Origin: a virus
Strand: one strand, 5' to 3'
Length of the DNA stretch: 64,000 nucleotides
IMG/VR virus record: IMGVR_UViG_3300023223_000630
Location: 1 to 64,000 of that record
How positions within the stretch are numbered: the stretch's first letter is position 1; every line of letters begins with the position of its first letter. Positions 36,067 to 43,520 of this stretch are shown here, piece by piece. The notes beneath the pieces are model-generated. The model did not search any database, was not told the origin of the DNA, and worked only from the letters and a program-made list of their open reading frames with translations. Position numbers and translations under genes: made by a program.

Positions 36067-38470
36067 ATTACGCAATCGAGGATTAAACGTATTCCCACTT
36101 AAACCAAAGTCAAAGTTTCCTATGGGAACATGGAAAGAGTTTCAAAGTGTACAGTATGATGGTGAGTTCCCGGAAGGATGCAATTATGGTATAGTGTGTG
36201 GTAGTATATCAGGTAACTTGTTTGTATTGGATCTTGATGATATATCATTGTACAAGTACTTTCAGGATTTCCACACATTCACAGTAAAAACCGGGAAAGG
36301 TTATCACCTGTATTTTAGGAGTCATGGATTAAACATACCATCAATGAAAACTGATGATTCCATAGGAAGACACATTGATATAAAATCTGAAGGTGGATAT
36401 GTATTAGCACCTGGTTCAATACATCCAGACACTCTTACACCATATAATATCATAAATGACGTAGAGATTAAAGTTATTGATCCATCACTCATTAAACAAA
36501 GATTGGTAGAAATAGGATTTGATGAGTTTAATGAAAGAAATATTGAGAAAATCAAAGCCGGTAGTACAGAGGGGGATCGTAATAATAACGCATTCAAGTA
36601 TGTTGTATTTGTAGTAAATGAATATGGTCTAAGTGGTGTACCATTAAAGGAAGCATTATACAAGTTAAATGAAAAGAATAATCCACCACTCCCAACATAT
36701 GAATTAGATAATATTTTAGAATCTGCATTAAATTATGTAAATCTACAGGAAAAAATTGACTCTAAAGATCTGGAGATAGAAAGATTTGTTGATGGTGTAA
36801 AGCCACGTTCAATAACAATGCAGGAGATAAACACAAGTTATGAAGGTATACTGGTATCATTTGATGCTATAGTTACTGGAGTGAGTGAAAGATTTACATT
36901 TACAACTGAGGCAGAATTTATTTGCCCCATATGTAGTAGTACGGATACGGGGTATTGTGACGAGTATTACATCATGGGGGAGCCATACTGTAAGGATGAC
37001 AAAAGAAAAATGAATATCATTAATAAAACAAAAATAACTGACTCAATTCAATTACTTAGAATAGAGGAATTTTTAGAAACTGCAAGAGAAAATACACCCG
37101 TAGAGTATGATGCAGAAATTATAGGTGATGATGTCGGGGAGGCATTTATGAGCCAAAAGAAAAGATTCACTGGAAGATTTAGAAGTATATCAGAGAAAGG
37201 TAAACGATATAATAAAATAATATTTCAAATTACATCCATGACTGACTTGGAGCAGACTACCAGTTGTCTACCAAGTGAGGAAGAGTTGATACAATGGAGG
37301 AAAATACCTAACATATTTGAAAAAGTTACAAACAGTATTGCACCTGAAATGCTAATCAACCCACTTATAAAACAGGCCATAATGCTATCAGTTGCAGGAG
37401 GAGTTTCGTTAAATGGTAAACGTGCTGATATACATGTCGCACTACCAGGTGATGCACAATTGGGAAAATCTGAATTATTAAAAGCATTTCATGAATTAAT
37501 CCCCGGAAGTGGATTAACAGTTGGTACACAAAGTACGGGTGTAGGATTAACTGTATCAATGGTAAAATCACATACTGGAGCACTAATACCAAAGGCAGGA
37601 TTTCTCCCAAAGTATACAGGTTATCCCGTGTTCATTGATGAGGGTGATAAAATGAAACCTGAAGATATGGATGCAATGCTACAATGTATGGAACAACAAA
37701 TAGCAGTAGCTACAAAGGCAGGATACCCAAATGTAAAGTTTGCAGCAGTTAATAGTATTGTGTTTGCCGGAAATCCAAAGCACGGGAAATTCATTAAAAA
37801 TATACCAATAATGCAACAGTTAAAAATGTCTGAACCATTCCTTACACGATTTGATATTATATTTTTGGTACTTGATGAGAATAATGAGGAACTAGATGAC
37901 AAAATAAGAAATCATATCAGAGAGTATAGAGAGGGAAATCCAAATTTTATGAAAAAAGATGAGTTACAAAGATATTTCACATATGTAAGGACTTTAAGAC
38001 CAATCATACCAAAATCATTAGAGCCTGGAATAGATGCATTACACAAAAAAATGCGAAAGCTAAACACAGAACAATCCGGAATAAACATTGGAATGAGACA
38101 GTATTATGGATTAAACAGACTAGTAACATCATGTGCTAGCTGTAATTTACGAGAAGAGGCAACACAAGAAGATTTAGATATCGTAAAAAGTATAGTATCA
38201 GCAGCACTAAAATCCCTTGATATGAATCTTGAAAGCGGGCAAGCAAGAGATATAATAACTAGCACAAAAAATACAAAATCCAAATGCTTTGATGTAACGT
38301 ATAATGGTATATGTGATAGTGAGGGAACGATAAATAAAGATGAGTTTATCATAGCATTATCCAAGACTGACTTTTACACTGGTATTACTGCAGAAACAAT
38401 ATGGGATGGATATGTAAAAATGGGTAAAGTCATTCTATTAAATGATACAGGTAGGTATAGACTGGTATAA
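36044..38470 (+). CDS. PrimPol - PriCT - MCM helicase fusion protein
   Basis: The N-terminus carries PrimPol motifs FVLDLDD, GYHLYF and IDIKSEGGYVLAPGSIH, followed by a PriCT-like segment (DRNNNAF..NNPPLPTYELDNILESA) and a Cys4 module (CPICSS..YCDEYY..YCKDD). The C-terminal MCM core has IKQAIMLSVAGG, Walker A GDAQLGKSELLK, Walker B VFIDEGDKM, CMEQQIAVATKAGY, VFAGNP and LTRFDIIFLVLD. TTG start. Confidence 0.8.
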   Translation: MNESDLNKLRNRGLNVFPLKPKSKFPMGTWKEFQSVQYDGEFPEGCNYGIVCGSISGNLFVLDLDDISLYKYFQDFHTFTVKTGKGYHLYFRSHGLNIPSMKTDDSIGRHIDIKSEGGYVLAPGSIHPDTLTPYNIINDVEIKVIDPSLIKQRLVEIGFDEFNERNIEKIKAGSTEGDRNNNAFKYVVFVVNEYGLSGVPLKEALYKLNEKNNPPLPTYELDNILESALNYVNLQEKIDSKDLEIERFVDGVKPRSITMQEINTSYEGILVSFDAIVTGVSERFTFTTEAEFICPICSSTDTGYCDEYYIMGEPYCKDDKRKMNIINKTKITDSIQLLRIEEFLETARENTPVEYDAEIIGDDVGEAFMSQKKRFTGRFRSISEKGKRYNKIIFQITSMTDLEQTTSCLPSEEELIQWRKIPNIFEKVTNSIAPEMLINPLIKQAIMLSVAGGVSLNGKRADIHVALPGDAQLGKSELLKAFHELIPGSGLTVGTQSTGVGLTVSMVKSHTGALIPKAGFLPKYTGYPVFIDEGDKMKPEDMDAMLQCMEQQIAVATKAGYPNVKFAAVNSIVFAGNPKHGKFIKNIPIMQQLKMSEPFLTRFDIIFLVLDENNEELDDKIRNHIREYREGNPNFMKKDELQRYFTYVRTLRPIIPKSLEPGIDALHKKMRKLNTEQSGINIGMRQYYGLNRLVTSCASCNLREEATQEDLDIVKSIVSAALKSLDMNLESGQARDIITSTKNTKSKCFDVTYNGICDSEGTINKDEFIIALSKTDFYTGITAETIWDGYVKMGKVILLNDTGRYRLV

Positions 38471-38733
38471 TGACAAAAACCCAGGATCTAAAATTAGAAT
38501 TAAAAAATGTACCATTAAATTCTCCCAGACATGATGAAATAATATCAGAACTGGAAAGAATCAAAGAATGGTGTGAAAAACAGCCTTGGTATCAAGGTGG
38601 TGGTAACTATAGTAACAGCATTAAGAAATACCCACAAGCCGGGAAAAAACAATTCTGTATACCATGTAAGAGGGAAACATATGTAATACCCCCAAGACCC
38701 CATCAATGTTCGGGATGCGGGGAAAACTATTAA
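38470..38733 (+). CDS. hypothetical protein with C-terminal zinc ribbon (87 aa)
   Basis: CIPC...CSGC; overlaps the replicase stop by 1 nt. Confidence 0.45.
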   Translation: MTKTQDLKLELKNVPLNSPRHDEIISELERIKEWCEKQPWYQGGGNYSNSIKKYPQAGKKQFCIPCKRETYVIPPRPHQCSGCGENY

Positions 38734-39008
38734 ATACTATAGTATCATAATATTATATATCATGGGTGAAGAACTATACCAATTTAACAAATATATAAAA
38801 AAGAAAAATGTTAATAATCTAGATGCTGAGGATGCATTAGGTATTCATGAAGATAACTGTTGTAATTGAGTACAATTATTACATGTGATATAACTTGAAT
38901 ACTTTCTAACAAAGATCTCCTTACCACATTTTCTACAATTTTGTATTATTAATGTCATTTATACCCATGCAAATACTGTTAAATATTATATATAATATAT
39001 CTCTTTAC

Positions 39009-39572
39009 ATGCCTAACCACAACAAACAAAAAGGAACCAGGTACGAAAATGATTTTAAACACGCTTTGCAGATGTTATCCTTTGAGTGTATTAGGGCATA
39101 TTCATCCATTGGTACTGCTGATTTGATATTTAGTCCATCATGGAATTACAAAAAGAATTCCCGGACTTTATTAGTACAATGTAAGAATCAAAGAAATGAT
39201 GATTATCTATCCCCGTTTGAGAGAGCACACATTGATAATTTACAGCAAAGAAATGCCGGGATGGTAATAATAGCATTTAAAAGATCAACAAAATGTTTCA
39301 TTAAAATCTGGGAATCAAATGTAATACAAAGTTTTGAAGAGTTTGTACTAGAACAGTATGGAATATCATGTGAGTATTCAAAGTTATTAAAAAATTATAA
39401 TCAGCACAAGAGGCCAATTCATTTATATCCTTTAGAGAAAGAAATATATACAAAACAAGATGGAAGCCAGGGAGAAAAACCAATTGCTCCCTTTCAAGAT
39501 CTGTATGCAGTAGATGTATGGTATCCACATATCGGGGAACACTTTAATGAGGCATTCAATAACAAAAAGTAA
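39009..39572 (+). CDS. Holliday junction resolvase, archaeal Hjc-like (PD-(D/E)XK)
   Basis: KGTRYENDFKHALQMLSFECIRAYSSIGTADLIFSP...LLVQCKN fits Hjc (kG..fEr.....gf...R...S...D......l.vEcK). I prefer ATG 39009 because the track start 38952 lies inside a TATA-like tract. Confidence 0.6.
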   Translation: MPNHNKQKGTRYENDFKHALQMLSFECIRAYSSIGTADLIFSPSWNYKKNSRTLLVQCKNQRNDDYLSPFERAHIDNLQQRNAGMVIIAFKRSTKCFIKIWESNVIQSFEEFVLEQYGISCEYSKLLKNYNQHKRPIHLYPLEKEIYTKQDGSQGEKPIAPFQDLYAVDVWYPHIGEHFNEAFNNKK

Positions 39573-39784
39573 TGGAATTTTCCGGAACCTCATGGATATC
39601 TCATGTAAAGTACAATGAGGATACTAAAGCAATGTCAGTTACCATGAAAGGGAAAAGTAAAAATGTATATGAAATGTCAGATGTTCCATATGATGTATAC
39701 ATGGAATTTAAAAAATCCTCATCCCGTGGAACCTATTTTAATCGTAACCTAAAGGGTAAATATCAGCATGCGTTCTTCACCTAA
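39572..39784 (+). CDS. KTSC domain protein
   Basis: SWISHVKYNEDTKAMSVTMKGKSKNVYEMSDVPYDVYMEFKKSSSRGTYFNRNLKGKY matches the KTSC pattern (s.i..v.Y......l.v.f..g..Y.Y..VP..v...f..a.S.G.yfn..ik). Confidence 0.65.
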   Translation: MEFSGTSWISHVKYNEDTKAMSVTMKGKSKNVYEMSDVPYDVYMEFKKSSSRGTYFNRNLKGKYQHAFFT

Positions 39785-39856
39785 TGGTATAGTTACCATA
39801 GTATTAGGGTATAGTTACCACAAACACTTTTATTCCTATTATTATACAATATCATT

Positions 39857-39952
39857 ATGTTAAAATATAATACATGTATGTGCGGTGGTATCATATTCCC
39901 TACACAAAGACAATGTAATTTGTGTATTGAAAAACAAGTTAGATTAAGATGA
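39857..39952 (+). CDS. zinc-ribbon mini-protein (31 aa)
   Basis: MLKYNTCMCGGIIFPTQRQCNLCIEKQVRLR; ATGA overlap with the next gene. Confidence 0.35.
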   Translation: MLKYNTCMCGGIIFPTQRQCNLCIEKQVRLR

Positions 39953-40227
39953 TTAATCCAGATGACTTTAAGGTAATATGGTGTGGTAAAACACCCGGAA
40001 ATGGAACAAGGTTAAAGGAAGAACTAATGATATGTTATGATTTAAAACAAGCTATTATATCTGCAATAGAGGTATGTCATAAATATGCAGATAATATAGA
40101 TAATGGAGCAATAGAAAGATCTAGGCAGCTTGATAATGCTATTTTACTCCAGACGTTACTAGAACAATCCGGAATTCCTACACTAATTACTGACTTTAAT
40201 AAACCGGAGGATGTATTACCTAAATGA
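39949..40227 (+). CDS. hypothetical protein (92 aa)
   Basis: Track ORF; ends in the first CTAAATGACAG junction. Confidence 0.5.
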   Translation: MINPDDFKVIWCGKTPGNGTRLKEELMICYDLKQAIISAIEVCHKYADNIDNGAIERSRQLDNAILLQTLLEQSGIPTLITDFNKPEDVLPK

Positions 40228-40355
40228 CAGATAATTCAAAGAGTAACTTGACTTACTTAGACTTTGAAAATATTATGGCAGTAGTAGAACAATGTAATAT
40301 TGATGAGGGATTAACCGATAGTATTAGCCAAGCGTTAAAGGTGTTCACTAAATGA
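40224..40355 (+). CDS. mini-ORF s1 (43 aa)
   Basis: MTDNSKSNLTYLDFENIMAVVEQCNIDEGLTDSISQALKVFTK; begins and ends in the CTAAATGACAG junction. Confidence 0.4.
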   Translation: MTDNSKSNLTYLDFENIMAVVEQCNIDEGLTDSISQALKVFTK

Positions 40356-40498
40356 CAGATTTTACAGAATGTTACGAGAGGTTAGAAGAAGAAATTAAGG
40401 CTACTGAAAGTTTGATTTCAGAAGGCGATACAACCAATCTAACAATGACAGGTTATCTTGAAAATCTAAAATGGCTTAGAGGTGATTTGTCTAAATGA
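40352..40498 (+). CDS. mini-ORF s2 (48 aa)
   Basis: MTDFTECYERLEEEIKATESLISEGDTTNLTMTGYLENLKWLRGDLSK; same junctions. Confidence 0.4.
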   Translation: MTDFTECYERLEEEIKATESLISEGDTTNLTMTGYLENLKWLRGDLSK

Positions 40499-40650
40499 CA
40501 GTTCAGCCAAAGGGGAACGAGATGTGTAGTTGTGCTTGTCATGAATTAGAGGAAAATCATAGTCCTGAAGACTGTTATTGTATGAATGATAAATTACAAA
40601 ATAGTTTTGATAGATGGATTGATGAACAAGGGGGTCTTCTAACTGAATAA
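40495..40650 (+). CDS. mini-ORF s3 (51 aa), Cys/His-rich
   Basis: MTVQPKGNEMCSCACHELEENHSPEDCYCMNDKLQNSFDRWIDEQGGLLTE. Confidence 0.4.
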   Translation: MTVQPKGNEMCSCACHELEENHSPEDCYCMNDKLQNSFDRWIDEQGGLLTE

Positions 40651-40669
40651 TCAAACGGTTAGGAGTAGA

Positions 40670-40795
40670 TTGGGTGAATCATTCCCATATTCATCTTTAT
40701 TTAGAGTTAAAAATCCCCTTTATCTTGTAGCTACTTTAAACATGCTAACAATGTTTAGAGACCAGTTAATCGAAAGGAAAAACGGGAATGAGTAA
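40670..40795 (+). CDS. mini-ORF s4 (41 aa, TTG start after AGGAG)
   Basis: ...FRDQLIERKNGNE; AGGAG 5 nt upstream of the TTG; an internal ATG start is the alternative. Confidence 0.3.
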   Translation: MGESFPYSSLFRVKNPLYLVATLNMLTMFRDQLIERKNGNE

Positions 40796-40937
40796 GCCAG
40801 GAAGAATCTTAAACGATTCTTGGGTTTGCCGTTTAGGTTGTTATCATAATTTACATGATATTATATGTGATTGTAGATGTCATACAATACAAGGAAGATT
40901 TACAGGGCAACTTACAAAAGGGAGAAACGGTAACTAA
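40788..40937 (+). CDS. mini-ORF s5 (49 aa), Cys/His-rich
   Basis: MSKPGRILNDSWVCRLGCYHNLHDIICDCRCHTIQGRFTGQLTKGRNGN. Confidence 0.4.
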   Translation: MSKPGRILNDSWVCRLGCYHNLHDIICDCRCHTIQGRFTGQLTKGRNGN

Positions 40938-41044
40938 TGTATAAATGCCCTTGCGGATTACCATTTAAAGCATTAATTGATATGATTAATCATAAATTAA
41001 AAACAAAACATGATTTGCAAGTAACCGAAAGGAGAAACGGTTAG
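40937..41044 (+). CDS. mini-ORF s6 (35 aa), C2H2-like
   Basis: MYKCPCGLPFKALIDMINHKLKTKHDLQVTERRNG. Confidence 0.4.
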   Translation: MYKCPCGLPFKALIDMINHKLKTKHDLQVTERRNG

Positions 41045-41046
41045 TT

Positions 41047-41187
41047 ATGGTTTTATGTCCTTTTTGTTATGATGTAGAATTGAAATACATTAAATTTGAA
41101 AATGAGATTTATAGTTATGAGTGTCCCAGATTTGGGGATATATTAGAAATTAAGCTCATTACAAAACGAGGTAAGGGGAATGAGTAA
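41047..41187 (+). CDS. mini-ORF s7 (46 aa), zinc-ribbon-like
   Basis: MVLCPFCYDVELKYIKFENEIYSYECPRFGDILEIKLITKRGKGNE. Confidence 0.4.
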   Translation: MVLCPFCYDVELKYIKFENEIYSYECPRFGDILEIKLITKRGKGNE

Positions 41188-41363
41188 ATCACAATATCCG
41201 GGAACCCTAAAAAAATTCCATATGTAAAAAATGCAAGAAAAATCTTAATCATTTATCTGCAGACAACCAATGGTTACACGCTGAAATGTGTAGAAAACAA
41301 AATTCATTATTTGATTATGATATGGATAATGATTTAGATGGTATTAAAAAAATAGTATCATAG
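41180..41363 (+). pseudogene. mini-ORF s8 split by an A7 tract (frameshifted gene, recoding site or homopolymer error)
   Basis: ATG 41180 frame stops at 41225-41227. The zinc-finger body (..NSICKKCKKNLNHLSADNQWLHAEMCRKQ...IVS, to TAG 41361-41363) is in the +1 frame, which opens at 41211 inside AAAAAAA (41209-41215) and has no start codon. Confidence 0.35.
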
Positions 41364-41576
41364 CATATTGATTATTTCATCATCAGATAATTCATTCATT
41401 CTATATTCCCCGCCTTTACAGTATATATGAATATCACTCTGCTTTGATACATACCAAAGAAACACCGTAAATAGGAATAAGGGGATTCCCACTACGGGTA
41501 TGAGTAAAAGCAAGGAAGTAACCATTGGAATCAGAAATAACCTTCTTGCTCTTATCATGATAGTGTAATAGTACAA
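41358..41576 (-). CDS. small membrane protein (72 aa, 2 TM)
   Basis: LFLIPMVTSLLLLIPVVGIPLFLFTVFLWYV. Confidence 0.45.
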   Translation of the reverse strand: MYYYTIMIRARRLFLIPMVTSLLLLIPVVGIPLFLFTVFLWYVSKQSDIHIYCKGGEYRMNELSDDEIINML

Positions 41577-41635
41577 TAGTAATATAACTCTTTAGAAATT
41601 AGTACATTTATAATACTTCAATCCACGGTGGTATC

Positions 41636-41785
41636 ATGCCAACATGTACAATCTGTGATACATATCATAAAAGAAAAAGATCCTGGAATGTCACCTTTAA
41701 TATGTGCAGATCATGTTTATACATAATAGAATGGTTTAACTGGAATGGTAATTATTTAAAGTCATACCATGATAATACAGCTTGA
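41636..41785 (+). CDS. zinc-ribbon mini-protein (49 aa)
   Basis: MPTCTICDTYHKRKRSWNVTFNMCRSCLYIIEWFNWNGNY... Confidence 0.35.
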   Translation: MPTCTICDTYHKRKRSWNVTFNMCRSCLYIIEWFNWNGNYLKSYHDNTA

Positions 41786-42008
41786 TCCTCAAATCCCGGT
41801 AGTGGTAAAGTTAGATGAAACAAAAGATGCATGGAGTAAGGGATATGCGTTTTGTATGATAGATTACTCTCAAGAACATGATTTACTATTTGTAGTATCA
41901 CTTGATAGTACGGGGGAGATAATTACTATACCAAACAATGAAGTAAGAGTAGATCAAAACTGGTCACTGAAAAGAAGAATTACTAGAAAAAGTGTAAAAA
42001 ACATTTAA
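41769..42008 (+). CDS. hypothetical protein (79 aa)
   Basis: Last plus-strand ORF of the left arm. Confidence 0.45.
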   Translation: MIIQLDPQIPVVVKLDETKDAWSKGYAFCMIDYSQEHDLLFVVSLDSTGEIITIPNNEVRVDQNWSLKRRITRKSVKNI

Positions 42009-42089
42009 AAGCACGGGCTCCGTCTAATCTATGGGTGATGATTTCCGGAGTTATAAACCCAAAAAATGGGTTGTACCCTGGAAATTTAA

Positions 42090-42163
42090 TGGACTCGGTG
42101 GGATTTGAACCCACGACTAAGGTATGTTCAGTACCCTGCTCTACCACACTAAACTACGAGCCC
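42090..42163 (-). tRNA. tRNA-Phe(GAA)-like
   Basis: Minus-strand read: GGGCTCG TA GTTT-AGTGTGGTA-GAGC A GGGTA-CTGAACA-TACCT TAGTC GTGGG-TTCAAAT-CCCAC CGAGTCC A. All four stems pair. An AT-rich TATA-like tract lies upstream (42165-42195) and a T6 run downstream. No encoded CCA. C at position 37 is unusual. Confidence 0.8.
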
Positions 42164-42195
42164 ACGAACAAATAAAAATATTATAATTAAAAATG

Positions 42196-42240
42196 TGTCT
42201 CTCATGCTGAACATTTATCGGGTTTCCCCCATGAGAGACA
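42196..42240. repeat. 11-bp perfect hairpin (TGTCTCTCATG / CATGAGAGACA, 23-nt loop)
   Basis: Arms at 42196-42206 and 42230-42240, between the end of the minus-strand transcription units and the tRNA promoter. Confidence 0.5.
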
Positions 42241-42469
42241 TAATTATCAAGACCATTTTACCTTTTGGAGGCGGTGGAGCCTCAGTAGGTTCTAGCGGTA
42301 CTGGATAACATTATACTATACAGATAGACAAATTAATAGTTTTTGAAAATAATTATTTACACAATGATACAAATGGTAGGAGGTAAATGTTAGAAGACAC
42401 TGGGAATTATTACAGTGTAAACCCCCTACCGGTACAACTCTATATGTTTAGTATAAAAATGGTTGTTTA

Positions 42470-42586
42470 TTACACATGTGTTGATAATTTTATAATATCA
42501 TATCTTTCCTGTTTTGTTAATGTGCCTTTTTGAATCATCATATCCATTAGTAACATGATTAGTGCAGGAGTATCTATTTTTCCCAT
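42470..42586 (-). CDS. hypothetical mini-protein (38 aa)
   Basis: MGKIDTPALIMLLMDMMIQKGTLTKQERYDIIKLSTHV. Confidence 0.3.
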   Translation of the reverse strand: MGKIDTPALIMLLMDMMIQKGTLTKQERYDIIKLSTHV

Positions 42587-42810
42587 TATAATATCATACA
42601 AGTATTATACGTTATTAAGTTGATCCTTGGTATACAATAAAGATCCCTACTTTTCATCCTTTGATTCTCGCTCTTTCAGCATTGTACATTGCCTACCGAA
42701 GGTTTCTTCTTAAGACTATGGATTTCTTCTGCAGAATACTTTCCAAATAGGGTAATTATCAATGATCATACCATCTATTAAACATAACTAAATAATTTTA
42801 AAAAAAAGGA

Positions 42811-43461
42811 TTATGGTAGATGGAACTTTGAGAGTTCATAATACATCATATATTGTGGCTCGTCTGTTAGGTCAGTAGTTGTTACGGTACATTCATTACC
42901 ATAATCTGCTGCTTCTATTAGATCATATTGAGTTGCTTTTTTAGGATATACTTCAATGTATGTAGTTTTTTCAAATTGATCAGTCGCACAGTCATCTACG
43001 TGTTTGTGTGTTATTTTGTTATCAAGTAGAATATCTACTTCATTTAATGCGTTTGATGTTCCATCCTTTAGACTCTCGCCAAATGACATGACTAGTTCAG
43101 TCGAATAATAATAGTTCACTTTGGCTCGATTATGCACATCCCATAGTGAAAAGACTAGTTTGCCTTTGCAGGGTATGGTATTGTCACCATTTGTAGGATC
43201 GTCATAGGCTAGACCCTCCCATGTTTTTTGAGGTGTTTCATATCGTACACCATTTCTGTATGGATCAAGATATGATTTACTAAATGAAACACAGCTATCC
43301 CTATCTGGATTCTCACCGAAATCCCAAGTTATCCATGTTGTTAGAGTGCTTGGGTCAAAATCAACTTTTACTTCATTTGTTGTTTCTGCATATGCTGATG
43401 GTACTAGTAGTAATGCAACTAGTGATAATACCATCAATGATACATATAGTATTGTTTTCAT
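42811..43461 (-). CDS. exported protein (216 aa)
   Basis: Signal peptide MKTILYVSLMVLSLVALLLVPSAYA; Cys-containing beta-rich body. Confidence 0.6.
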   Translation of the reverse strand: MKTILYVSLMVLSLVALLLVPSAYAETTNEVKVDFDPSTLTTWITWDFGENPDRDSCVSFSKSYLDPYRNGVRYETPQKTWEGLAYDDPTNGDNTIPCKGKLVFSLWDVHNRAKVNYYYSTELVMSFGESLKDGTSNALNEVDILLDNKITHKHVDDCATDQFEKTTYIEVYPKKATQYDLIEAADYGNECTVTTTDLTDEPQYMMYYELSKFHLP

Positions 43462-43520
43462 GAATATCGTGATTTATTGTATAGTATATAGTTATTTAAT
43501 TAAAAAAAGAAAGGGTGGGG

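Noticed and set aside
25033-38470. Inteins in terminase, MCM or RadA
   Set aside because: All three proteins have normal lengths, and their catalytic motifs are contiguous without inserted blocks.
40466-40654. 62-aa minus-strand ORF (TTG start) across mini-ORFs s2 and s3
   Set aside because: It is antisense to the tightly coupled plus-strand mini-ORF series and has no start context.
42031-42090. C/D-box sRNA candidates (GTGATGA at ~42034; ATGGTGA...CTGA at ~53035-53055)
   Set aside because: There is no properly spaced D box (CUGA) with terminal pairing in the first case. In the second, the box spacing is only 7 nt and the C box is imperfect.
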